In this document: positions 11,771 to 23,478 of the stretch, piece after piece
Layout: each line of letters starts with the position of its first letter
How positions within the stretch are numbered: position 1 is the stretch's first letter
DNA from: Phoronis australis
Lineage: Eukaryota > Animalia > Phoronida
Length of the DNA stretch: 64,000 nucleotides
Assembly: GCA_002633005.1 (NCBI GenBank)
Contig: NMRA01000024.1
Span: 831,786 to 895,785, forward strand
Direction of reading: 5' to 3'
Notes under the pieces: generated by a model
Told to the model about the DNA's origin: nothing
Databases searched by the model: none
What the model saw: the letters and a program-made list of their open reading frames with translations, nothing else
Program-made: the position numbers and the translations under genes

Positions 11771-12517
11771 CTGTATGAACGAAAATCAACTGATGTGATC
11801 GGCTTAGTAATCTATGAATGGGCTCTAAGACATGGAATCGCGAATATACCACTCACTAACTGTCCACTGGGCTAGTTTTTATCCCAAGGCCCTCAGCGAT
11901 TGTGTGATGCAGTAATTGTTTCCGAGAAATATTATTACTGGAAAGTATCGACACAGGCGGGACTTCATATTGGTAACCATGGTTATCGTGGCCAAACTGC
12001 ACTGGTCAGAACTATCCATTAAGAATAACAAATTATCATGCACAAAGGTCACTATGCCATGCTAAGAAAAATATAAAACAAACCTACACATAGACCAATA
12101 GTCATGCACTGCTCTATATTGCGCTTTTGTTTGCCAAGTGAAAAGATTGCTAGAAGTGTTTGCAGGTGAAATTTTACCTGAAAAGCTTGAGCACATTTTG
12201 TATGAGACAAAAATCGCATAAAAAGTACGCGATGCTTTTTAACAACTAATAAAGGCATGCAGCGTATTGTCTTATGTTTTTAATCTTCACTAAAGCATTA
12301 ACAAAGTTCAACATAAAATTTAATATCAAGGAGGTGCACCCTGGTGTAAAAGTACAAGTCTTGTTACATCAAGGCAACACACTGGCACAAGAACATTCTG
12401 CGAGTTAGATATTCCAACCTCTTAAATATTATGTCTCCTGAATAATAGTCAAAAACTTGTCTGCCAAACAGCACAGAAATCTAACAGAAAAAACTGAAGG
12501 CTATGGAAAAGCTGGCA

Positions 12518-12612
12518 TCTTCTGTCCATATATAAGCTACTCCATACGAGGGTTATTAGACAGTGTTCTTCTGTCCGCATATACGCTACTCCATACGAGG
12601 GTCATTAGACAG
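12518..12612. repeat. Two diverged ~49-bp tandem copies
   Basis: tcttctgtcc...gctactccatacgagggt(t/c)attagacag occurs twice in tandem. Confidence 0.8.
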
Positions 12613-12980
12613 CGTACGTGTTGGCCTCAACTGAAGATGTATAAGACCTCCCCTCCCATGGACAAAATCATAGATGCACTCTTGTATTCTATAAATCTGG
12701 AATCACAAGCACAATTCACTTTGCCCCATCCTCCTCCCAACATATAGCATGTTTGGTTTAATGCACTCAATTTTCACCATTCTCATTTTGAATGGCAAAG
12801 TTTCAGCTCGGCTCAACACACCAGCCATGATGTTCGAGTTCCTCATTTTCAATGCTCCCTGTGTTCATACAAGAGTATATGGCAACCCATAGATGGTCAG
12901 AAGGCCGAAATCTACCCTACGGGGTTTATCAGTCTACTCTACACATGCATGGGAAGGCCAAGAACAAAACCACCACTTAC

Positions 12981-13025
12981 CCAGTTAGTGCCAGTGCTCC
13001 ACCAGACACCGGTACAGGAGACAAT
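12981..13025 (-). CDS. RBFOX: Candidate RBFOX 45-nt frame-preserving cassette exon (G)LSPVPVSGGALALT(G)
   Basis: Branch ACTAAC at 13073-13068, acceptor gtccttctttaatag, donor TGG|gtaagt. Phase 2-2 and open. P/V/A/G-rich like the flanking exons. Confidence 0.7.
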
Positions 13026-14453
13026 CTATTAAAGAAGGACTAGGTTAACTAAACCAAGCCACAAGCAGTTAGTGTGAACATCAGTACCTCCTCAGCATTG
13101 AGACAGTCATCCACAAGGGGGCAACGCCTTACAGATTAGTCAGACACCGATTAAGTTAGGGCTGGTTCCGATGCAACATTTGCTTATAAGCAATGCACCC
13201 TTAGGTCAAACCACTCAGAGAGTTTTCAAAACAGTCTCCAGAAAGCAACACGTTTGAGCACAACTTGGGACATGAAATGAGTGACACACACACACATGCA
13301 GATATTGGGATTTTGGGGGTGAAAACAGAGGATTTTAATGAAAAACACCAGCAACTGAAATTTAAATTGGTTTCGACACATAGGCTCAGTGTAATTAAAG
13401 GAGTGTAGATTTCCAAGCTTACACATCTGAACATTTCTGAACTTCTGGTTACGAAATTATACATTTTTGCAGGCAGTGTAAAAGAATGAAATCTTCAGTA
13501 AGTATTCGAAATAGGTGGAGAAACAAAAAAGAGGCGAAAATGTTCACGATGTTGTTGACATTTCTGTGTCTTAATGCTGAGACTGAGATACTATTTAATG
13601 CAGTTCAAGGAAAAACGAAATTTAAAAAAATGTCAGATAACGTTAAACCAATTCAAAAGTCCCTTCAGTATCCAAACTTACAAAAAATACCTCTTATGAT
13701 AACTTACAATGGCCTGCTCCAACTGGCAGTTTTAACGATAAGTGCGAAGAGACCTTTGAACATGCAACTCTAGTGTACGTGAAACTTTGAATGTAATCAT
13801 ATGTGTGATAAAATACATGCATATGGTCAATTCGAACGTGTATTCTTTGTAACAGCATCTGAGGCATGCACCAAGAGAAACCATTCAAATGCCATTCAGT
13901 TTTTGACCTCTTCTCTGTTCAGGAACAGGAAATAGAGACGTACAATACACATCACAACAGCGACACTAAGCCGTAATAAATTTTAGTACAAAACAAGTTG
14001 TTAATCATACACCATACCACCAGATGTCAGAAATTTCAAGTTTCCACGTTTGCCAGTCACAACTAAGACCAAAACCTTACGAACTTCGTAAATAAAGGTG
14101 ATACAAAGAAATGTACCAAATAAGCCAGTTTGGAAAGCATTTAATTAACCGAAATTCTTTAAAAGAGCTTGTATATACACAACTTCAAAAGCTGGTCTTA
14201 TTCAGACATTTTAGACATTTTGTGTGATTATCAGGCATGACGATATCATCGGCAAACAATTATTTTTTGCTATACACCTCACCTGAGGTCATAATCACAA
14301 CTTAAGTATCTTAAAAGATCAGTCTGTATGACTTTTAAGACAACAAACCAAGTGCTAGTAGCAAGACTTTGACCACATATTGTAACCAGGCAAACGTGAA
14401 CGGTACAAACAGTAACAAAAGCAGGAAAGACGAGCTAGTTGTCGAGTACGTAC

Positions 14454-14545
14454 CCTGCGAGTGCGTAGGTTGCAGCGGCTGAACCAGCCACAGCTGGAAC
14501 CGCGTACCTTGCAGCTGTGGTCGCATACGCTGCAGCTGGGTATGG
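14454..14545 (-). CDS. RBFOX: RBFOX 92-nt exon PYPAAAYATTAARYAVPAVAGSAAATYALA(G)
   Basis: Acceptor cctttgtcattacag, donor GG|gtacgt. Ala/Tyr-rich Fox-1 C-terminal domain; phases fit the neighbours. Confidence 0.9.
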
Positions 14546-16172
14546 CTGTAATGACAAAGGATTGTGGGTTTAAGTCAGAGTACAACAATGGAGACTGAAC
14601 ATGCATCCACCGTGCAACATATCAACATCACATTGGTTTGCATTTGAAGACACATTGTGCGTCATTACAAAATGCAAAAAATCATCAAATTCAGGATAAA
14701 ACAAGTCTAAGGCAGTTTATATAGCCAAAAATAAGACCCCACTCCAAACACTCATGAAAATCTTGTCAAGGGTGAGCTGCCTTACTTCAAGTTCTTTTGA
14801 CAGTCACAAAACCAAAACGGTTAAAACAAAACAACTCTCATTTGCCACAAAACACAGGCATGCAAGTCCTAAAAATAACCAGAGCACTTGTGCGCCCTAA
14901 ATATGGGGGCAGCCACTAGAAACTTGGGTAATCATGCTTCAGTAATGGATTTCGAAAAACCCATTAAGAGGTATAACACAGACCCCAAAACTCTACCCTT
15001 TAAACTATGCCCACTCGAAACACAACCCTGACAAAATGACCTCCCGCCTCATCTTCGCTTACAGACATAGACACGAAAAACCGTAACTAATAAGTTTTCG
15101 ATATGATATTCCGTTGGTATGTTCCACAGATTTTCCAGAATTTGCAGTCCATGACAGGGGCACATTAAGTTACTTTTATACCGCCTAAAGAATGATTTTA
15201 TGGCAGTGCAAGAAGGCGACAGTCATAAAAATACTGACCTCCCTTAAGGTCAAAATCATACTCTTAACCTGTACCGTGCATAACATGCTCAGGCCCAAAA
15301 AGTGACCCTTTCACATAAATTGCATGGGTACCTAAGTCCCTGGTCCTCTGTCATAGTAAAGACAAATTTCTGACTGTCTGCTAAATTTTGACAAGTGGCC
15401 TATCTTGAATTCAGATTTATAGTCGGCTTAACAGAAAGAAATGCATTATGCTGCACAAAACAGCCATTCCCAGACCCAGAGAAGAGTGTATCGATACTAG
15501 AGCATTGCATGCTTATAGAGCATCAACAATACTATATCACATTCTGTTGAGCACTGCCTCACAGAAATTCATTACACAATGACCTTTTTACGGATGAACA
15601 ATAAAGCTGCCTGCATAGAGCAAAGAGGGAAGCCGTTAGTCATTAGTAATTAGAACTGTAGATTTACGAGTGTGTGAAGACAATACTTTAAAGAAAAACT
15701 GCTATTTTGTGATGGAGTTGACAGCAGCTTCAACAGCTGTTTCTTCTTGAAGAAGTGTTGATAGAGAAGAAATGTTGCTTGAGAAATGAAATTTCATTTT
15801 CTCATTTGCCTTACGAAACATATAATCCCAGAAACAATGCTTACCATTTTCAAGTTCTACAAAACATTTATACCAATTAGACAATATTTGTAAAAGACAC
15901 GAGATTGCCAGGAGCCCTTGAACGGTGAAAATGGGCAATTTTGACAATTAATTCTTCCTCAAATTTGTTGAGATTTTACGACAGGATGCGGTTTAGCGAC
16001 TACGCATCCGAATCAGAAGTGTCGAACAAGAAGTGGTGCAGCTTCCAATAAATCTCTGTAATTTGGAATGCTTGTGTAACAAGGCTAATGACAGTCTACT
16101 CTAAACATAGCATCACCACCACAACAAGCAAGCGACACATCTAATGTGACTGAAATAATAACCGACCTTTAC

Positions 16173-16233
16173 CTGGTATCTTTCCGACGCCGCCTGATAC
16201 GTGGCCGCCAAGAACGGGTCTTGATAAACACCG
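16173..16233 (-). CDS. RBFOX: RBFOX 61-nt exon (T)GVYQDPFLAATYQAASERYQ
   Basis: Acceptor ctgcttttag, donor CAG|gtaaag. VYQD matches the vertebrate B40 exon (VVYQDGFY). Confidence 0.9.
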
Positions 16234-16896
16234 CTAAAAGCAGACCAAGCAAATTATTAACAATTATATTTGGCATGCAATGAATTATCGGTTTTTGTGG
16301 CCTGCACAATTTAGAACACAATATGGCTGACTTTGAAATTTTATTTTCCCATTATTCTTACAGATACGTGGCACAAAATTCATCCTGGTCAGACTTTGGC
16401 AAAAGATTTACTGTATCACCACAACAAGTACGAGTTTTCTTATCGAATGAAATGCATGATCACCCAACGGAAACTCATTCACTCAGCTCCAGAAGAGAAA
16501 GGACTTCCACATATTTAATGATGGAACAGCATAACAGCCAGAAAAGTTTACTACTATATAGAAAAACACAAGGTTTTCAAATGTTTGTGAAGTGGAAAAC
16601 TGATATAAGTGTGACTGAATTACTCGGAGATTTGATTTCATGTTTGTGTAACCTCAACGACTCATTGACTTTTACCCTGTTGCATAAACACAGAAGACAG
16701 CGTCTTTTGTTATCATGCCTCAAACAGACAAACAATCTTCGATCACGCTACAAAAAGCATAGCTTAAGTCGTGAACATTTGAAAAACAATGTTCCTGACA
16801 TTTTGTGCAGTCACATTCACAACACTAGCAAAAGGGCAAAAGTTGACAAAATGTAACCATACCCTTCAATAACCCATTATGTCTCAACATACTCAC

Positions 16897-17050
16897 GTAG
16901 CATATGGCAAGTTAGTGGCTGTGGCCGCAATGGGCGTTGGGTGTCTCAGGGCAGCCGCTGCTGCAGCGGCTTGAGCTGTGTAGACGCCCCTCACCGCAGC
17001 GGCGCGAGCAGCACCGCGGGCGGTCAACGCAACCCCTCTCAGGGCAGCAG
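16897..17050 (-). CDS. RBFOX: RBFOX 154-nt exon AALRGVALTARGAARAAAVRGVYTAQ...NLPYA
   Basis: Acceptor cttgccctatttacag, donor AC|gtgagt. Resembles vertebrate RGAHLRGRGRxVY. Phase 1 to 2. Confidence 0.9.
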
Positions 17051-18146
17051 CTGTAAATAGGGCAAGAAACGGTGGATGACCTCAAACACGTGGGGGCGGA
17101 AGCAACGACAAACGACACGATGCACAATCAATGCATATCGGTTGTCTGTAAGATTTCCGCAGCAGGCATTCCATGCAGAATAAAATAAGAAAAGTCAAAC
17201 AAAATGTCATTTAAAATTTGGTCCAGGTTTGTGTCACTTCTATAAAGGTAATTCAAGGAAAAATGGCGAGTGAAGTGACATCAAGTTAGTTTCTGATGTC
17301 TTAATCATTACAACAGTGAACAACTCGATATTGCACGACAGTTTTGAGTACGACAGTGAACACTTGGGCACGTTCGTATATCCAAGATTACCAATGTAGT
17401 ACATATTCACTACACATTAATTCTTCACTTTTCCGTTTGATGACAACTTGTCAATTAAAAGTAACATGCAAAAATGGACGGCAAGGTTGTATGTATTGAT
17501 TCGTTGTCAATCAAATGCACAAAATATACCGAGTATGGCAATACGGTAACACAGAAGCCATTCAAATCAACTACTAGAGGATGCAATCTCAATAGAGGGG
17601 GGTTCTATGATGCCCACGCCAGTCAGTGAATTATACCATAATGTATAGATACACCACCTGGCCAGTTAATTTTGCTCACCTAACAAAATACGTTCTGGGT
17701 GTGTTCAGGGAACAAGCAATTTGGAAGCTCACAAAGTTCCCCCCCCCCCCGGATTTGTCTGCATCTTGATAGGTTCAACATTTTCTACATAACCATTAGT
17801 TATGGAAAAACCCTCCGGCAAGTGATATAAACGATGAAAAATTATGGCACAATGAAATCAAGCAACATGGCACCAACTTCAAACGCGAGAAATCAGAAAA
17901 AGCATGAAAAACATACAGAAAGGACACATTGCATCAGTTCATGCAACTGATTTGGATAAATGTGTCCGGCCTCCATGTTTATGACAAGGGTTCAGCCTAT
18001 CACAGCTGGACCTTTCACACATACTAAGACGATGCGATTCAACTGGGCAGCCCCTGTGACCCATGAAATGTCTAATCGTTCATATCACTTGTTTGCCGAT
18101 AGCACTATAACGTCAGGTGGCACTCTCTGTGATTTCAGACACTCAC

Positions 18147-18213
18147 CATTGGGTATGACTGGAGCTGCCACTGGGTTCTTTTTAGTCATGACACGTGCAG
18201 TAGCATTGTTCAC
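18147..18213 (-). CDS. RBFOX: RBFOX 67-nt exon VNNATARVMTKKNPVAAPVIPN (end of RRM)
   Basis: Branch CTAAC, acceptor catatag, donor G|gtgagt. VNNATARVMT is highly conserved in Fox-1 proteins. Confidence 0.96.
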
Positions 18214-21200
18214 CTATATGCAGATTGAAGTTGAGGTTAGACGTGAAGAACGGCTCACCCATACCAGGTACCCAGACATGGCAGTAGTGAACGGTTACTA
18301 CTGAACAGCTTAACACAGGGCTACACCCAAAAATATCAAAATCTGGATTATATTTATGAGAGAAAATTTACAAAACAAATGACGGTACCAGTTTATCTAA
18401 CAGTATATTTAGAGTACTTCATAGAATTGCGTAAAAACAGGTTTCAAAAAAATCAACGCATGTCTTCATTTCAAACCATTTTTGGCCAATTTCCTCACGA
18501 TTTGCACATAATTTTCTTTTGACACAAATTGAATGCAGCTTGATGAATATTGATGAAATTTGCATCAGTTTTATTTCAATGCCCCTATATTCACGGCAAT
18601 GGAAAACCAATTTTTCTTAACTAATGCTATCGGCACTATCCGTGCACTAACTTGATTACAGAGTGTTTCGCAGACAAGTTCAATGAATTCTAAAGTTACT
18701 TTTAAGCTGTTCAAGTTCCCGTTGCACAAAACATGGGTACGTCTGGCCGAGTGGAGGGCTAGATACAACAAGGTTCATACACAACATGCTGACAACTCGA
18801 GTGTACTGCGCTCTGCCATGAATCCTTAGAGACTCTTACCCAACGGTAACGAACAAAATGAATTCCAGCAGCTGTAACCCCCTCCCTCGTCCACAGTCTT
18901 CCATCTCAAAAGCCAACTTCTGATTTAGACCATTTACCCATCATGAAATCGGTCTCGTACCTCAATCAAATTGGATATGATATCAGGACTTTGAAGGAAC
19001 TGACAGTTCATTACTCCTTGAAACCAGCACGTCATTTTATTCGCCATGCACGTAGTCAAGGAATAACAAACTGTAAGTTCTTTGCAAACACGTAAATCCT
19101 TTCTCATCTGAGGAAGGCACACGTTGAAACCAGTCTTGTAGTGTTAAGTGGCTCAAATCAAAAGTTAGCTTCTTGGATGGAATGCAGGTTCGTGGGTGCT
19201 TTGATTACTAGACGGTGTTTTATCTCAATTTCCTCATTAAAACTCTTCCAGCAGGATGGCTCATAAAATGGTAATTTTTGTGTAAGCAATTGTGGATAGA
19301 GAGCTCCCTGCATAACAAATTAATCCTGCTTAGAGCAAGTGAGAGCTCATGACCAAGGCATTCCTTATTCAGAGCACACTACCTCATTGTCAAGGAAGCT
19401 ATTCACATTCCTATCAATAAACAAAATTGCACCCAGGATAATTCCCAACATTAGGAAGTTCAAAAAACGGACAAGACATAACAGTCTAGGGCAAATTCAT
19501 CAAACAATGTAAGCGAAGTGACATTCTTTGCTGTTTCAGCAACTTCAGCAACAACAACCTCAAAATCCTCCTGGTTACAATAATGTAATGGTCGCCTTAG
19601 AATCAAAATCTGCCGTTGACAAATAGTGAGAAAATAACAGCTGGCTAATAACAGTCACTTGAATAACATGGTTACATTGTGGTCAAAGAAATGTAGGAGT
19701 CAGTATATATTTAATAATTTAGTGCCTGGCGCAACGGTACAAATGAAACCAGTGCTTCTACAGCACATTTTGATTCTAAGATCTGGCCTAGTTGTGCTCA
19801 CAGATTCATGATCATATTTTGAAGAACAAACTTCAAAAGTGTGACAAGATCACGTTAGTAATGATGAAAATTCTTTCTGGAAAGCATTGTATTTTTTATT
19901 GCCTAATTAAAAAATCTTCAATTGCCAGTCTGAAAATTTGCCTGTACACTTTTGCTTACCCATTGGGTAATATATTGTAAGGAGTGATTTTCACTTTCAC
20001 AGATTTTTTCTTTTGCTACTACAGAAACTATTAAAAAGAAATATTCTCTTATAAAACCATAGTTGTTGTTTTCAGAAATACAATATTTTCAAGAAAATAC
20101 ATTAACTTCTGTCATGATGAAAGTTGTAGCAAAATTTATCAATTCTTATTCCAACAATTTCAGATACCTATCACAATTTTTAGGTTGTCAAATCTGATGA
20201 GCACTGCAAAAGTTAACATATATACAGCTTCCTTGACGGAGGATTTCTGAGAAATATGCTCTGGGGTCATTTCACTGCGTGTTTTAATATTCTGCGCAAA
20301 ATGCCACAAGCAAAATCCTGAGAACTCCTCACAACTTTTACGAGCAATCTCCTTTGATTTCCAAGTAGGAATAAGACAGCTGGAATATTAATACCTGGCA
20401 TGTGGTTTTATATTAATCCCGTTACACTAACTGTGTTCAAGATATCATTGGAAGATTTGTTAAGTCTGGTATCCAAACACAAGACAATGGTGGTGATGAA
20501 TCTCGGGTAAATCTCCTTAATTCAAAACAGGTTTTTAACTTGGGTCCATGCCACAAACCTTGTCAGAACAAAAAATATATATGATTCCATATTCTTTATG
20601 AAATGCGGACACTTTTATAACTTGATGCATGAATAATTAATTTTTAAATATATTAAAATATATTCTTATATTTTTCACAACAAAGGAATGGGCCCTAAAC
20701 TTTTAATAGAACAATATTTTCCATGGTTCAAATATTAATCTTTTTTTCTGTAATTGAAAGGAAGAACAAAATCTGATCGTCAAGTGGTGGACCCACGTAA
20801 CAGCAAAAGCTGAATTTGAATAGCAAATTAAGTTGTAAAATATTCCAAAGACACAGGACACTGACTGAATACATGGGCAATGGGGGTCAGCAGCATGTTG
20901 ACACAAAAGTGAACATTATTCTATGTTTGGTTGTGAATGAATATCAAGCTGTCTTATTCCTTTTTAACAGATTTATATGATATTTACTGATATTACTAAA
21001 CTAGACACCAGATACAAGCATTTGCTGCATTGTCTAACACCTACACCACAAAGATACTAACACCCCAGGGATTATTGGAGAAATCAAGTCATTTTAAAAG
21101 GCTGATTTTGTGAAACGAATTCCGAAGCAATTTTAGGCTTTTCAGATTAAATTTGATATTCTGGCACAAATTTCAGTTTCATAGGCAGCTTTTAAACAAC

Positions 21201-22207
21201 TATTAACTTACAAGTTCTTCGATAAATGAATTGGACGACCTGAATTTGGCATCGAAAAGGAAAGAATCAACAAAAGTGATTTACTTCACATTGAGTAGAG
21301 CAATTCTCATGCAATTTGGTGTTTCGGAAAGTTCCAAACAATTTGAGACAGAGAAATTGCACATAAACAATTTGTGTGAAAATGGTGACCAGACATTCCA
21401 AAAGAAGTCGACTCAAAGAGCAGAGAACTTGACAGAGGTGTGCAGTTAGTAACGTTCAATGGAACAAAAAATTGACACATAAATGGAGTGTTTCGAAAAC
21501 TTCCACCGTTAAAAAGAACCTACCCGATTTTAAGTCGGCGCTGAACACTGCGGTTGATAAATGCCGATTTTATTGGCTGTATGTGGTGTCTAGTGAAAAC
21601 AATTACCTTGGATTTTCAAACAATTCTTTTTTAACTCTTTTTAGGTGCTATCTTCATTACAATACAAAAACACAGATGTTCAAGAAATGCCGGACCTTGC
21701 GTCTAGCCAGTTAGAAACGAAAATGCACGGGCAACGAATGCTTGTTGATTGGTTCAAAATGCGCTAACAATCAGCCGTACACGAGGTGAGTGATCTAAAA
21801 TTATTTGACAGCAACTGACATCTTGAAGCACCATCTCACATTAGAATCTCGTGTCCACAAATGATGACCATTGTTTAAAAAGGCCACAAAGTTTTCCCTT
21901 CCAAAAAGCAAACGTCAATGCAGAGTATTGTTTCCAGACAAATCCTCCATTATGACTACATGGGACAAATTTCACTGCCACGAAATTCAAAAAAATTTTT
22001 GTATACATCAGTAATATGGATCCCCAAATGTCGGAATAATAAATGGTCATTAAATGCCCCCTACCCCGTCAGCCACAACTAACTTCTGATGCACACCATT
22101 TTCCATAATGATATGGGTCTTGAAATTCTCCCATAACCAAATTAGAGATGACTTGTTGGCATGGAAAGAACTGATGACACTATATTATTGCTGGAGAGAG
22201 CTCTTTA

Positions 22208-22577
22208 GGCCTTTTCATACTGCCTTAGCTCTGGTTTGAGCGGAGCGTCAACGTAAACTGCGAAGTGAACTGAACCTTCATACCGGCTTCAGTAATTAAC
22301 GAACACCAAAGTAAACGGTAGGTGACGCTGTTGTCATTGAAGTAATCGAAAGGTAGCGCTGCACGCTAAGATTTTTTTAATGTGACAATTTGAGAACATT
22401 TACATGTGCTAATTGACATTTTTAATTCGATTGGTGATTATTCGAGCAAAATATAAGCAACTATTAGTGATGACGCTGCCCTTTAATTGTTAACGATAAC
22501 AGTGGCACCTGGTGATAACTTCATACTGACCACAACTCCCCAAAACATCGATATGTCAACATTAGCATGAAAGGCCC
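22208..22577. mobile_element. PIF/Harbinger-like MITE
   Basis: Imperfect 14-bp TIRs (ggccttttcatact / agcatgaaaggccc) with TTA on both flanks. Diverged second copy at ~52985-53479. Confidence 0.7.
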
Positions 22578-23175
22578 TTAAAAAAAGCTTAGCTCACCAC
22601 GGAGGGTCACTTCATTCACCAAGTGAGGTCTCAACCAATAATGAACTGTCAGGTTTTTCCAAGCCACAAAACTATGCCTCATCTGAGTAAGGAAAAAAGC
22701 CGAGACCATTTTTTTGCCGGTAAGCTATCTACATCACAAGTAAGTAGTTTTGACGGGATGTAGGTTCATAAGCCACTTAAAACTGCCGGGCACGTGCATA
22801 CTTGTAAACACAAACTTCATCACCAAAGCTGTCGCGGCAACAATTTTAGAAAATCAAAAATACGATTGGGGTGCCAACTTCAAATGGGAACACGAGATTC
22901 CAACATTGAATAGTGAAGGGAGAAACTAGTCCACCAAAATGCATATAAGTACACTTTACAACTAACAATTAACACCAAGATACATATCCAGTGTAGGGAA
23001 CCAGCACCAATACGTTTGTCCACTAAATCGAAAATCAAAAGTACAAGGCAGTCGTGGGACCGTCAACACGATTACTGACACAAAGAGGGGCAGGCATTTC
23101 TCAACTCTGTAGCAAATATAAAATCATAACTTAGCATCGAGGAGTAAGTGTGCTACCACATATTTGTAAATAATC

Positions 23176-23478
23176 CATGCACCTCAATCTTTCTTCCCTC
23201 AACCACAGTGCCGTTCAATTTCTCTCGTGCTCGCTCCGCATCAGGGCTATTTTGGAAAGTTACAAAACCGAATCCCTGCATGCATAATGAGAATAAGGGA
23301 GCATGCATTAATCACGTGCAGTCAACGTAACATGACGGCAATATTATAATATACGCATTGTGTATACACAGTATATAAAAATCACATAATGAGATGGACC
23401 AAGTATTAAGCATGCAGAATGTTATGTACATCGGACTGGACAGGGGAGATAACATGCGTCCTCTCTAGAAGCACATGC
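23176..23478 (-). promoter_or_regulatory. RBFOX-binding (U)GCAUG elements around the 93-nt exon
   Basis: TGCATG on - at 23176-81 (in the donor), 23279-84 (in the acceptor), 23302-07 and 23411-16; GCATG at 23453-57 and 23474-78. Confidence 0.9.
23183..23275 (-). CDS. RBFOX: RBFOX 93-nt RRM exon [31 protein letters not shown] (RNP1)
   Basis: Acceptor tgcatgcag, donor GAG|gtgcat. Same size and position as the autoregulated vertebrate RRM exon. Confidence 0.97.

Noticed and set aside
16323-16856. Longest ORF in the track (177 aa, +)
   Set aside because: Antisense within an RBFOX intron with no recognisable motif; consistent with chance.
17046-17177. Alternative acceptor cttacag at 17146 with UGCAUG at 17172
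   Set aside because: Weak pyrimidine tract; the 95-nt extension frameshifts to a stop; no independent support.
17670-17695. tattttgttag|gtgagc recursive-splice-like motif (similar ccacag|gtgagc near 58991)
   Set aside because: One is in a 1.1-kb intron and the other about 100 nt from the candidate donor; neither fits ratchet-point use.
18258-18303. Donor TGG|gtgagc with a hairpin-covered acceptor just upstream of the 67-nt exon
   Set aside because: It would leave a 44-nt intron, the acceptor is weak and the exon opens on TAG TAA.
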